From the NCBI GenBank assembly GCA_963813155.1, contig CAWEYG010000001.1:416001-480000 (forward strand): a stretch of 64,000 nt of DNA, given 5' to 3'. Of this stretch, positions 25,541 to 35,511 are shown one piece after another. Within the stretch, counting starts at the first letter, position 1. Each line of letters opens with the position of its first letter. Origin of the DNA: an uncultured Acidobacteriota bacterium. Its GTDB lineage: Bacteria > Acidobacteriota > Thermoanaerobaculia > UBA5066 > DATFVB01. Under the pieces are notes generated by a model, which saw only the letters and a program-made list of their open reading frames with translations, had not been told where the DNA came from and did not search any database. Made by a program: the position numbers and the translations under genes.

Positions 25541-28069
25541 TCACGGCAGGATCACCGTCGGCGGCTGAGCGTCCGGATCGCCGGTTACCCGGTCGGAGGA
25601 GGCGAGCCACGACGATAGCCGCGCTCCCCCGCTGGAGAAGACTTCGATTCGCCCTCCCGCCACGAGGTCGGAATACCGGTTCACGTCGAGGAGGTAGAGC
25701 AACTGTCCGGGAGCGACCGGGAACCCGAAGCCGACCTGCAGGGCTCCGGTAATGTCGTAGAAGACCACGTTCGCCTTTCCCGAGTCGCCGCCGTTGAAGA
25801 CCATCAGATTGTTGCGCAGGTGAGGGTCCGCGGGAAGCAGGAAGCGAGCTCCCGCAGCGGGAGCGACGGGGGCCGCGAGGCCGGCGTAGTCTCCGGTCGC
25901 CGTGCGATTCGCGTACCGGCCCAGCGCGCAAATCGGCGCCGTCGAGGAAACGACGAGCGCGCCGAAGCCCGCGGAAGGATCGTGGTAGGACACGACGACC
26001 GACTGACCCGGCGCGACGGTGACCGACGAGGACGAGGGCCCCGCCGGGGAATTGAAGGGAGAGAACGTCAACGTCGCCGCCGCCGAGATGGAGGGGTCGG
26101 GGTTGACGAGCAGAAGGTCGGTGATGTTCGAGGTCCCGTTCGAGTTCGTCCGGGCCCCGACGGCGGGAAACGTCGAGGTCGTGGCCGGCGCGACGGGAAC
26201 CGAGGCCGCGAGGTCGCCCGTCGTCTCTCGGATCAGGGAGAAGGGAAACAGAGAACCGCTCGAAGCGTCGAACGTGACGTAATCGCCGGCTTCCGGGGAA
26301 GCTCCGAACGCGGCGAAGGCCGGGTTGAAGTCCTGCCGGTTGTTCGCCGGAAGAAAGAAGGAGAGAGAACCCCGGGAGGCTCCGCTCGGGCCGTGCAGGG
26401 TCGCGGTCCCCGAGCTTCCGGTCGGCGAGTAGATGCCGAACGCCGAGCTTTCGTCCGCCTGCGAGTGCAGGAAGAGCACGGAGCCCGGCGTCACTCCGTC
26501 CGAGACCCTCTGCGCGGCGAGGCCAAAGCCGTAGCTCCCGTTGTTCGCGACGAGGGCGTAGGAGCGCACCCAGGCCTGGTCTTTCCCGAGGCTCGGCGGC
26601 GCGGACGTGAATCGCAGAGACCCGACGACGTCGCCGAGGTTCAGACCCGTGGAGCCGAGCACGTTGGGAATTTCGAGCGTCACTCCCGCGCCGAAGGAAT
26701 AGGTCTTCGACGGGCTCGGGGGAACCGGAGAATTGTAGAACGTCGCCGTGAACGTCCCCGCCTCGAGGGCGTCATGGTAGGACGCGACATCCGTGCGGAT
26801 GACGGCATTCGCGGAACTGATCGCAATCGGCACGACGAGCTCGGTATCCGCCGCCGGCGGCAGCAGCGTGAACTCGGCGAGCGCGCCGCGGACTCCCGAG
26901 AGGATCTTTCCGTCGATCGTCGCGATCGAGTAGGAAGTCGTCGAGGGGAACACGTTCCCGTGCGGCAGCGTGAACCTCGAGATGCCGACCTCCGGAGCGC
27001 TCGCGACGACCGGGCTGTCGGGCTCCGCGTCGCTGCTCTGGAACGTGAGAGGGGTGAGAACGGTGCTCCGGACTCTCGCCGGGGCAAGGGCCAGCGTCGT
27101 GAGCACATCCGACGTCGGAGTCGTCGTGACGGTGCTCACGGCGACCGTCTTCGTGTTGACGATCACGATGCGGCCGTCGCCCCCGAGGGGGTCGGACTCC
27201 ACCGCGTAGACGAAATCTCCCTGAACGAAGAAGTGCGCAGGCGAAAAAATGTTCCCTGCGCCGAAGCGATCGTAGGCTCCCGTCGCGAGGTTCAGCCGCG
27301 CGATCGCACCGCCGTCCACGTCTTCGGCCACCCAGAAGTTCCCTGCGCCGTCCAGCGTCGGCTGGCTGAACTGCGCCTGTTCCTGCGTCGGGTCGAACGG
27401 CTGCCAGGAGGTTTCGGTCAGCGTCGCGGGATCCAGCTTGATGAGCCGGTTGCTTCCGAAGTCGCTCAGGTAGAAGTTCCCGTCGGCGCCCTGCAGCATG
27501 CCCGAATACCCGAGGGAGTTCGGTCCGCGGTACGCCACGACATCGAGCGTGTTGAGGTCGAGCTTCACGAGAGAGCCCTGCGACATGGGAAGCCAGACGA
27601 TGTTCCCGGGCTGCCGAAGGAACCCGGCAGGTTTGGAGACCGGGACGATCCACTCCGTCATCTGGTTGGTCGTCGTGTCGAGCTTGCCGAAAACGGATTC
27701 GTTGATGTCGATCCCGCTGTTGCCGTTCTCGACGAACCAGATCGTCTTCCCGTCCGCATCGAGCTCGAAGTCCGCCGGATTCGCGCCGATCGACCGATAG
27801 GGGTCGACGTACGTGTGCGACCGGACGGGCCACTCGGTAATGACGTCGTTCTTGAAGAACGCGATTCGATCGGCGCCCGACTCGAGGAACCAGATGCCGC
27901 CGTTGCTCGGCACGAGCCGCGGGCCGCTCGCGAACGTCGTCACGTTCGTTGCGTTGTCGAGATCGTGCGGATTCAGGGGATGAAGGACGGCTCCCACGCC
28001 CGAGAGAGTCTGAGCGGAAAGCGCGATCGGAAACAACAGGACCGCCAGAAGAGACAGATATTTCTTCAC
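25541..28069 (-). CDS. Secreted protein: Vgb/NHL-like beta-propeller plus duplicated C-terminal beta domains
   Basis: Signal MKKYLSLLAVLLFPIALSAQ; propeller blades GGIWFLES, DGKTIWFVE, DGNFYLSDFGSNRL, GAGNFWVAE; C-terminal units ending GSYG and TGD. Confidence 0.75.
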   Translation of the reverse strand: MKKYLSLLAVLLFPIALSAQTLSGVGAVLHPLNPHDLDNATNVTTFASGPRLVPSNGGIWFLESGADRIAFFKNDVITEWPVRSHTYVDPYRSIGANPADFELDADGKTIWFVENGNSGIDINESVFGKLDTTTNQMTEWIVPVSKPAGFLRQPGNIVWLPMSQGSLVKLDLNTLDVVAYRGPNSLGYSGMLQGADGNFYLSDFGSNRLIKLDPATLTETSWQPFDPTQEQAQFSQPTLDGAGNFWVAEDVDGGAIARLNLATGAYDRFGAGNIFSPAHFFVQGDFVYAVESDPLGGDGRIVIVNTKTVAVSTVTTTPTSDVLTTLALAPARVRSTVLTPLTFQSSDAEPDSPVVASAPEVGISRFTLPHGNVFPSTTSYSIATIDGKILSGVRGALAEFTLLPPAADTELVVPIAISSANAVIRTDVASYHDALEAGTFTATFYNSPVPPSPSKTYSFGAGVTLEIPNVLGSTGLNLGDVVGSLRFTSAPPSLGKDQAWVRSYALVANNGSYGFGLAAQRVSDGVTPGSVLFLHSQADESSAFGIYSPTGSSGTATLHGPSGASRGSLSFFLPANNRQDFNPAFAAFGASPEAGDYVTFDASSGSLFPFSLIRETTGDLAASVPVAPATTSTFPAVGARTNSNGTSNITDLLLVNPDPSISAAATLTFSPFNSPAGPSSSSVTVAPGQSVVVSYHDPSAGFGALVVSSTAPICALGRYANRTATGDYAGLAAPVAPAAGARFLLPADPHLRNNLMVFNGGDSGKANVVFYDITGALQVGFGFPVAPGQLLYLLDVNRYSDLVAGGRIEVFSSGGARLSSWLASSDRVTGDPDAQPPTVILP

Positions 28070-28124
28070 CCGCTCATATTAGCAGAGCCCCTCCGCAGAT
28101 CCGCCAGAGCGGTAAGATTCGAGC

Positions 28125-29213
28125 GTGGCGAGCTCGACCGTCCTTCCGATTGGACAGATCCTCGCCTCGAGAACGGCCGAGGCGGCGCCGGAGCTCGTGC
28201 GCGACCTCGGCGACGGCCGCCTCCGGTGTCTTTCCTGCGGACACCGCTGCCCGATTCCCGAGGGCGCCGCGGGAGTTTGCAAGGTCCGCTTCAACGAAAA
28301 GGGCTTCCTGCGCGTTCCCCGCGGATACGTCGGCGCGCTCCAGTGCGATCCCGTCGAGAAAAAGCCGTTCTTCCACGCCCTGCCGGGCGCTCTCGCGCTC
28401 TCGTTCGGGATGCTCGGATGCGACCTCCATTGCGCGTATTGCCAGAACTGGTTCACCTCGCAGTCGATCCGCGACCCCGACGCCGCGGGGGCTCCCCGCG
28501 ACATCGAGCCGAAGGAGATCGCCGACCTCGCGGTCGAGCTGGGCGCGCGGATCGTCGCGTCCACCTACAACGAACCGCTCATCACGTCGGAGTGGGCGGT
28601 CGAAATCTTCGGAGAGGCGAAGAAAAGGGGACTGCGCTGCGCGTACGTCTCGAACGGAAACGCGACGCCGGAGGTGCTCGAGTTCATCCGGCCGAGCGTC
28701 GACTTCTACAAGGTCGACCTGAAGTCGATGCGGGACAAGCACTACCGCGAGCTCGGCGCGGTTCTCCAGAACGTGCTCGATTCGATCCGAAACATCCACG
28801 CGCTCGGCTTCTGGCTGGAGTGCCTGACCCTCGTCATTCCGGGTTTCAACGACTCGGAGGAAGAGCTGCGCGACGCGGCGCGGTTCATCGCCTCGGTCTC
28901 GCCCGAAATTCCGTGGCACGTGACGGCTTTTCACCCCGACTACAAGATGGACAAGACTCCCCCGACGCCGGCCTCGACGCTCCTGCGCGCCTGCGAAATC
29001 GGCTCGGAAGAGGGCCTGAAGTTCGTCTACGCCGGGAATCTCCCCGGACGCCTCGGCGAGTGGGAGAACACGAGGTGCCCGAACTGCTCCGAGACGCTCA
29101 TCGAGCGCCAGGGCTTCGTCGTCCGGAAGAACCGCATCCCCAACGGAATCTGCCCGAAATGCGCAACGGCGATCCCGGGCCGCTGGGAAGGGGGCGGGAC
29201 TACCAGATGCTGA
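28125..29213 (+). CDS. amrS: AmmeMemoRadiSam system radical SAM enzyme (PflA-like)
   Basis: N-terminal CLSCGHRC..GVCKVR, DPVEKKPFFH, CDLHCAYCQNW (CxxxCxxC), TYNEP, AFHPDY, C-terminal CPNC/CPKC. Confidence 0.93.
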   Translation: MASSTVLPIGQILASRTAEAAPELVRDLGDGRLRCLSCGHRCPIPEGAAGVCKVRFNEKGFLRVPRGYVGALQCDPVEKKPFFHALPGALALSFGMLGCDLHCAYCQNWFTSQSIRDPDAAGAPRDIEPKEIADLAVELGARIVASTYNEPLITSEWAVEIFGEAKKRGLRCAYVSNGNATPEVLEFIRPSVDFYKVDLKSMRDKHYRELGAVLQNVLDSIRNIHALGFWLECLTLVIPGFNDSEEELRDAARFIASVSPEIPWHVTAFHPDYKMDKTPPTPASTLLRACEIGSEEGLKFVYAGNLPGRLGEWENTRCPNCSETLIERQGFVVRKNRIPNGICPKCATAIPGRWEGGGTTRC

Positions 29214-31284
29214 CGCGATCCCCCTCCGGACGCCACATCGGGTCGCCGGGCTTCACGCCGAACGCATCGTAAAACTCCTGGACGTTCGCGAGGGGGCCGT
29301 TGACGCGCCACTTCGAGGGCGCGTGCACGTCGGACAGGAGATGGCGGGCGAGGTCCTCTTTTCGGACCTGGTGCAGCCAGCCGAGCGAATAGCCGAGAAA
29401 ATACCGCTGGACCGGCGTCTGCCCCGCGATTTTCTCCCCCTTCTTGTACTGCTCCGTCTTCTTGAAGGCGTCCAGCCCGATCAGGAGGCCGCCGAGGTCG
29501 GCGATGTTCTCGCCGAGCGCCGCGCGTCCGTTCACGTGCATGCCCGGGAGCGGCTCGAAAGCGTCGAATTCCCGAACCATCACGTCCGCGCGCTTGTTGA
29601 ACTGCTCTTCGTCGTCCTTCGTCCACCAGTTCTTCAGGTTTCCTTCCGCGTCGAACTGCCGCCCCTCGTCGTCGAACCCGTGGGTAATTTCGTGCCCGAT
29701 CGTCGAGGCCGCCGCGTATCCGTACACGAGCGCGTCGTCCGCCTCCGCGTCCGGGACGCCGGGAATCGTGAAGATCGCGGCCGGCAGGACGATCTCGTTG
29801 TTGGAAGGGTTGTAGTACGCGTTATAGGTCTGCGGCGTCATGTCCCATTCGGTGCGGTCGACCGGCTTTCCGAATTTCGCGACCTGGTCCTGAAAGCGCC
29901 AGCGGGCGGCGTTCATCATGTTTCCGGCGAAAGAGGCCCGCGAGACTTCGAGCGCCGAATAGTCCTTCCAGCGATCCGGATACCCCACCTTGCTCGTGAT
30001 CTTCGCGAGCTTGTCGAGCGCCTTCGCGCGCGTCGCTTCGCTCATCCACGCGACGCGGAGAATCCGCTCCCGGTACGCCCCTCGAACCGCTTCGACGAGG
30101 TCGACGTAGCGCTTCTTCGCCTTCTCGGGAAAGTATTCGCGGACGAAGAGGCGTCCCAGGATCATTCCCATCGCCCCTTCTTCGGCGTCGAGCGCGCGTT
30201 TCCACCGCGGCTTCTGCTCCTGCCGGCCGGACAGCACTTTCCCTGTGAATTCGAAATCCGCCTCGTCGATCGCGCCGCTCAGGTAGGGCGCGTACTCCGC
30301 GGCCAGATGGAACCGCAGGTAGTCGCGCAGCACGTCGACGGGAGTCTTCTTCAGCTCGTCTTCGAGCGCCGAGAAGAACTCCGGCTGGCCGACGATCACG
30401 TTCTCCGCCGCGCCCAGTCCCAGCGAGGAGAGGCGCGCGGGCCAGTCGATCGACGGCGTCAGCTTCGCTCGCACGTCGGCCGCGGCCATCTTGTTGTAGT
30501 TGCGCTCCGGGTCGCGCAGGTCGGCGAGCTTGCGGGAGGAGCGGGCAAGGTCCGTTTCGAACTCCATCACCCGCGCGCCCGCGTCGGGACGGACGAGGCG
30601 GTCTCCCGCCGTCAGGACGAGAAGTTTTCGGATGTGCTTCGCGTATTCGGCGCGCACCTTCACGGAGTTCTCGTCCGTGTTGAAGTAGAAATCGCGGTTC
30701 GGGAGACCGAGCCCTCCCTGCCACAGCTGGACCGCCTCGACGCCGCTCTGCTTCGGGTCCTGGACGACCGCGAGCGAAAAGAGCGCGTCCGTCTCGAGAG
30801 GAGCCTCGGCGAACGCCGCATCGAGCGCCCCGCCGAGGTCCCGAATCCGCCCGATCCGGTCGAGCTCTTCCCGGATCGGGGCGATTCCGTTCTCGTCGCA
30901 ACGGGCGGCGTCCATCGCCGCGGCCCAGAAGTCTCCGACCTTCTGGGAATCGGAACCGCGGGTCGACGCGGCGGCCGCGGCGTCCTCGTTGATCTTGCGC
31001 ATTCGGGCGTAGATCTCGTCGCGAACGACATTTCCGATCCCCCATCCCGACTCGGAGGCCGGGATCGGATTGCGCTGCAGCCAGCCCCCGTTCGAATAGC
31101 CGAAGAAATCGACGGCGGGGCTGACGGCCGAATCGAGATCCGAGACCAGCGGATCCGGATGCGGCGCCGGAGGCGTCGTTGGCGCGGCAGCCGGGGAGAC
31201 GTCGGACGCCCGTGCGCGTCCGGAAAACGGGAGGGACGCGAAGAGGAGCGCGACGCAGATCCGGAGAGCCGATTTTCTTGCCAT
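29200..31284 (-). CDS. M13 family metallopeptidase (PepO/neprilysin-like), secreted
   Basis: ATG 31284 with signal peptide; DFFGYSNGGW, GLGLPNRD, KVGYPDRW, NAYYNP, HEITHGFDDEG, GENIAD. Confidence 0.95.
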   Translation of the reverse strand: MARKSALRICVALLFASLPFSGRARASDVSPAAAPTTPPAPHPDPLVSDLDSAVSPAVDFFGYSNGGWLQRNPIPASESGWGIGNVVRDEIYARMRKINEDAAAAASTRGSDSQKVGDFWAAAMDAARCDENGIAPIREELDRIGRIRDLGGALDAAFAEAPLETDALFSLAVVQDPKQSGVEAVQLWQGGLGLPNRDFYFNTDENSVKVRAEYAKHIRKLLVLTAGDRLVRPDAGARVMEFETDLARSSRKLADLRDPERNYNKMAAADVRAKLTPSIDWPARLSSLGLGAAENVIVGQPEFFSALEDELKKTPVDVLRDYLRFHLAAEYAPYLSGAIDEADFEFTGKVLSGRQEQKPRWKRALDAEEGAMGMILGRLFVREYFPEKAKKRYVDLVEAVRGAYRERILRVAWMSEATRAKALDKLAKITSKVGYPDRWKDYSALEVSRASFAGNMMNAARWRFQDQVAKFGKPVDRTEWDMTPQTYNAYYNPSNNEIVLPAAIFTIPGVPDAEADDALVYGYAAASTIGHEITHGFDDEGRQFDAEGNLKNWWTKDDEEQFNKRADVMVREFDAFEPLPGMHVNGRAALGENIADLGGLLIGLDAFKKTEQYKKGEKIAGQTPVQRYFLGYSLGWLHQVRKEDLARHLLSDVHAPSKWRVNGPLANVQEFYDAFGVKPGDPMWRPEGDRVSIW

Positions 31285-31372
31285 GCAGGAAAAAATATCA
31301 CGCGCTCCGCCGGACCGGACGTCAACCGGAGCCGGGCCCCGCTCGTCGAACCCCCGGATCGGGAGGTCATCC

Positions 31373-32756
31373 ATGGAAACCGTCTCCTGGGATCGCGACG
31401 CCGCCGCCCACCTGCTCCGCCGCGCCGGATTCGGGCCCCGTGCCCGACGAGATCGACCGGTTCGCCTCGATGACCCTCGACGAGGCGGTCTCGACGCTCG
31501 TCGACTACGGATCGATCGACAACGGCGCGCTCGAGGCCCAGATCGCCGCCTTCCCGTCGAAAGCGACCCTCGCGAACCTCCAATTCCTCTTCTTCTGGAG
31601 GATGGTCCACACGGCTCGGCCGCTCGAGGAGAAGATGACCTACTTCTGGAACCTCCACTGGACGAGCGGCTGGTCCAAGGTCAAGGGGATCTTCAACGAC
31701 AAGGGCGCAACGGGCTACTCGGTGCTTCTGAACCAGAACTCGACCGAGAGGAGTCTTGCCCTCGGCCGGTTCGACGACCTCGTCCTCGCGATTTCCAAAG
31801 ACGCCGCCATGCTGTACTGGCTCGACAACTGGACGAACGTCGCGGCGCGACCCAACGAAAACTACGCGCGCGAGCTCATGGAGCTCTTCACGATCGGAAT
31901 CGGCAACTACACGCAGACGGACGTGACGAACCTCGCCCGGGCCTTCACGGGATGGACGCTCGACTCGCCGCGGACGGGCTTCGCGTTCAACACGGCCCGG
32001 CACGACGGCGGAACGAAGACGATCCTCGGCCAGACGGGAAATTTCGACGGGAACGACGCGATCCAGATTCTCCTGAACCGGCGCGACTCCCGCGGCGAGT
32101 TGCTCTGCGGCCGATTCCTCGGAGCGAAGATGTTTTCGTTCTTCGGGTATCCGAGCCCGCCGGAATCGGTCGTTTCCGAGCTCGCCGCCGTCTTCGACTC
32201 GAGCGGCCGTTCGGTCCGCGAGCTCGTCCGCCACATCTTTTCGATGCCCGAGTTCTATGCCGCCCACGCAAGGAAATCCCTCGTGCGGAGCCCCGCGGAG
32301 TTCGTCGCGGGGAGCGTTCGCCTCACGAACGCCGAAAGCGATTTCCAGGCCGCGATCAATCTCCTCGGGAGCATGGGACAGGTCCTGTTCGATCCCGCGG
32401 ACGCGAAAGGATGGTCGTGGGGGACGTCGTGGATCACGACGGGCTCGCTCTTCGCGCGATCCTCGTTTGCGAACAAGCTGGCGTCCAACCGGGGCTCGGG
32501 CGGAACGCTGTTCGATCCGGCCGCGCTGATCGCCGGAAAAGACGCCTCGACTTCCGAGAAGGCGGTCTCCGTTCTCTCGGCGCAGCTCGGCGTCGACGAC
32601 GCGAGCGGCGACTCCGCCGCAGCCTGGATCGACTACATGAACGCCAACGACGACGGAAGCCGCGGCGCCTGGGTCGACGACTCCGCGGGGATCGACAAGA
32701 AAGTGCGCGGGCTCGTCCACCTGATGCTGACGTCGCCCGACTTCCAGACGGCCTGA
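31373..32756 (+). CDS. DUF1800 family protein (frameshift near 31440)
   Basis: AAHLLRRAGFG, PLEEKMTYFW, AMLYWLDN..PNENYARELMELFTIG, ARAFTGW, HD, C-terminal LMLTSPDFQ. Confidence 0.92.
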
Positions 32757-32766
32757 GGAGGGCGAC

Positions 32767-34011
32767 ATGGCGATCTCGCGGCGGGACCTGCTCAAGAAGA
32801 CGTTCGGGTACGTCACGGTTTCCGCGATCGCGCCCCGATTTTCGATCTCGCCGGGTTGGAGGAGCCGGGAGATCCTGTCGGCCGCGAACCCGAACCGGAT
32901 CCTCGTCGTGCTCGAGCTGATGGGCGGCAACGACGGATTGAACACCGTCGTGCCGTACTCCGACGCGAACTACCCGAAGGCGAGGTCCCGAATCGGCGTC
33001 GACCTGACGAAGGTGCTCGATCTCGATTCCCATCTCGCGCTGAATCCCGCGATGACCGGCCTCAAGTCCCTGTGGGATGCCGGCCGCGTCGCCGTCGTCG
33101 AGGGCGTCGGGTACCCGAACCCGAACCTTTCCCACTTCGCCTCGCGCGACATCTGGCACCTGGCCGACCCCACGCTGGAAGAAACGCGCGGGTGGCTGGG
33201 CCGCTGGGCCGACGCCGCGCTCGCGGACTCGGACAATCCCCTCGCGTGCTGCGCGATCTCGCAATCTCTGCCGAAGACGCTGTTGTCCGACAGCGTGCTC
33301 GTGCCGACGTTCACCGATCTGGCCTCGTATTCGTACGCGACGGACGGGCAGTATCCGGGCGACGCGCAAAATCAGCTCGACGCCTTCCTGGCGGAAAACG
33401 GCGATCGGTACGAGATCGAGAGCACTCCCCGGGTGCTCTCCCGGGTCGGAAGCGACGCGATCGCGAGCTCGAATTCCCTCGGGTCCGTCGCGGGAAGCTC
33501 CCCGCCGGCGGCGCCCTACCCGGACGGCACCCTCGGCGCGGCGATGCAGCTCGTCGCCCAGATCATCGCCGGGAAGCTCGGCTCGCGGATCCTCTATGTG
33601 ACGTTCGGAGGGTTCGACAACCACGCGAACGAGGATCGGGATCACGACGGCCTTCTCGCGTCCGTGTCCGACTCCATCTCCGCTTTTTTCGCCGACCTCG
33701 ACGCGAGGGGGCTGTCCGGAGACGTCCTGCTGATGACGTGGTCGGAGTTCGGCCGGCGGGTCGCCGACAATGCGAGCAACGGAACGGACCACGGCACCGC
33801 GGCCCCGCACTTCGTCGTCGGCGACGCCGTCCGGAAGGGAATTTACGGGAACCCGCCGAACCTCGCGAGCCTCGACCCCTCCGGAAATCTCGTTTTCCAG
33901 AACGACTTTCGCGCGTACTACGGAACGATCCTGTCCGACTGGCTCGGGGCCGACTCCGCCGCCGTTCTCGGGTCGGGCTGGCCGAACCTGGGGTTCCTGA
34001 CCGCCTCCTAG
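32767..34011 (+). CDS. DUF1501 family protein, Tat-exported
   Basis: SRRDLLKK, GGNDGLNTVVP, GYPNPNLSHF, GGFDNH, SEFGRR..GTDHG, DFR.Y. Confidence 0.93.
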   Translation: MAISRRDLLKKTFGYVTVSAIAPRFSISPGWRSREILSAANPNRILVVLELMGGNDGLNTVVPYSDANYPKARSRIGVDLTKVLDLDSHLALNPAMTGLKSLWDAGRVAVVEGVGYPNPNLSHFASRDIWHLADPTLEETRGWLGRWADAALADSDNPLACCAISQSLPKTLLSDSVLVPTFTDLASYSYATDGQYPGDAQNQLDAFLAENGDRYEIESTPRVLSRVGSDAIASSNSLGSVAGSSPPAAPYPDGTLGAAMQLVAQIIAGKLGSRILYVTFGGFDNHANEDRDHDGLLASVSDSISAFFADLDARGLSGDVLLMTWSEFGRRVADNASNGTDHGTAAPHFVVGDAVRKGIYGNPPNLASLDPSGNLVFQNDFRAYYGTILSDWLGADSAAVLGSGWPNLGFLTAS

Positions 34012-34113
34012 CCGGGGCAAGGAATCCGGCCCGAATCGTGCTAATATCGGGACGACTTCGCCCAGACTGCCGCCGGCAGCCTGTGCGCGCGAAGTCGCTC
34101 CAGGAAGAGGCAC

Positions 34114-35382
34114 GTGGAATTTCAGGACGTTGGAAATCCCGCGGGTGGTCCGCGCAAAAGGAATCGCCGTCGCAGGGGACGCCGAAGACGCCCGCACGGA
34201 GGGCAACCCGGGCCGGGTGAAACCGCCGGTTCGAACGACCCCTCCGCCAGCGAGGGCGCACCCTCGCATTCCCCCGAGCCCGCGGCCGCAACGACGGCCG
34301 AGGTGGAGGGGGTGCTGTACCTCCCGGAGAAGGGCAACGGCGTCCTCGTCTCCCCGAAAAACAACTACCTGCCGGCTCCTCGCGACCCCCAGGTCACGAG
34401 GGATTTCGCCGAGCGCGAGCAGATCGTCTCCGGCACCCGCGTGCGGGGGTTCGCCTCGGGGGGCGGCCGCCCGTCCCTTTCTCGCGTCGAGACGCTCGAG
34501 GGAATGGTTCCCGACGAGTATCGCGCCCGGCCCTCGTTCACCGACCTCGTCTCCGTCGACCCGCACACGCGCCTGAGGTTCGAAACCGAGCCCGACGAAA
34601 TGTGCGGGCGCGTCGTCGACCTCGTCGCGCCGGTCGGCCGCGGCCAGCGGTGCCTGATCGTGGCGCCGCCGAAGACGGGCAAGACGACGCTCTTGAAACG
34701 GATGGCCCAGGCCATCTCGAAAAACCATCCCGACGTCGAGCTGATCGTCCTTCTCGTCGACGAGAGACCCGAGGAAGTGACCGACCTGCGGCGGTCGGTG
34801 CGGGGCGACGTCATCGCGTCGTCCTCCGACCTCACCGCGCAGAACCACATCGCGGTCGCCGAGATCGTCGCGGACCGCGCCCGGCGGCTCGTGGAATGCG
34901 GGAAGCACGCGATCATCTTCCTCGACTCCATCACCCGGCTCTCGCGCGCCTACAACCAGATGCAGCGTGGGGCGGGAAAGATCCTTTCCGGCGGCATCGA
35001 CGCGCGCACCATGGAGAAACCGAGGCGATTTTTCGGCGCGGCCCGGAACGCCGAAAACCACGGCTCCCTGACGATCATCGCGACCGCGCTCGTCGATACC
35101 GGCTCGCGCATGGATGAAGTGATCTTCCAGGAGTTCAAAGGCACCGGCAATATGGAGATCCTCCTCGACCGCGACCTCTTCGAGCGGAGGATCTTCCCCA
35201 CGGTCGTGATCCAGCAGTCCGGCACGCGGAAGGAAGAGAAACTCTACTCGGCGGAAGAGCTTCCGAAGATCCACAAGCTTCGCCGGGCCCTGGCCGGGGC
35301 GCACAAGGTCCAGGCCATGGAGCTGCTGCTGCAGCGCCTACAGAAATTCCCGACGAACGCGGACTTCCTGAAGAGCTTCTGA
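34114..35382 (+). CDS. rho: Transcription termination factor Rho (short form)
   Basis: [17 protein letters not shown]-loop, [49 protein letters not shown]. Confidence 0.95.
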   Translation: MEFQDVGNPAGGPRKRNRRRRGRRRRPHGGQPGPGETAGSNDPSASEGAPSHSPEPAAATTAEVEGVLYLPEKGNGVLVSPKNNYLPAPRDPQVTRDFAEREQIVSGTRVRGFASGGGRPSLSRVETLEGMVPDEYRARPSFTDLVSVDPHTRLRFETEPDEMCGRVVDLVAPVGRGQRCLIVAPPKTGKTTLLKRMAQAISKNHPDVELIVLLVDERPEEVTDLRRSVRGDVIASSSDLTAQNHIAVAEIVADRARRLVECGKHAIIFLDSITRLSRAYNQMQRGAGKILSGGIDARTMEKPRRFFGAARNAENHGSLTIIATALVDTGSRMDEVIFQEFKGTGNMEILLDRDLFERRIFPTVVIQQSGTRKEEKLYSAEELPKIHKLRRALAGAHKVQAMELLLQRLQKFPTNADFLKSF

Positions 35383-35385
35383 GGC

Positions 35386-35411
35386 AAAAAAGTGGGCCGC
35401 CGAAGCGGCCC
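35386..35411 (-). terminator. Intrinsic terminator oriented on the minus strand (possibly bidirectional)
   Basis: Minus strand GGGCCGC-TTCG-GCGGCCC-AC-TTTTTT (cUUCGg tetraloop). Confidence 0.75.
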
Positions 35412-35465
35412 GGGAAGGAGGAGGAGATCGACGTCTCATCTCGATCTACGGACCTCCCTCGCGAG
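35386..35465 (-). ncRNA. Candidate small RNA
   Basis: Hairpin AGATCGA/TCGATCT, a CTCCTCCTCCTTCCC tract, then the terminator above; no convincing minus-strand CDS explains the terminator. Confidence 0.3.
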
Positions 35466-35511
35466 GCGTTTGCCCGTTTCGCATAGAATGTCGCCCTAAC
35501 GAGGAGGGCTC

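Noticed and set aside
25820-29272. Long overlapping ORFs (e.g. 1150 aa here; also 14859-17582, 32434-35304, 10551-13172)
   Set aside because: Antisense or alternate-frame shadows typical of high-GC DNA; Arg/Pro/Ala-rich with no motifs.
34141-34149. GCGGGTGGT matching the reverse of the repeat element's right end (also near 12636)
   Set aside because: Only about 9 nt match with no partner arm; expected by chance at this GC content.
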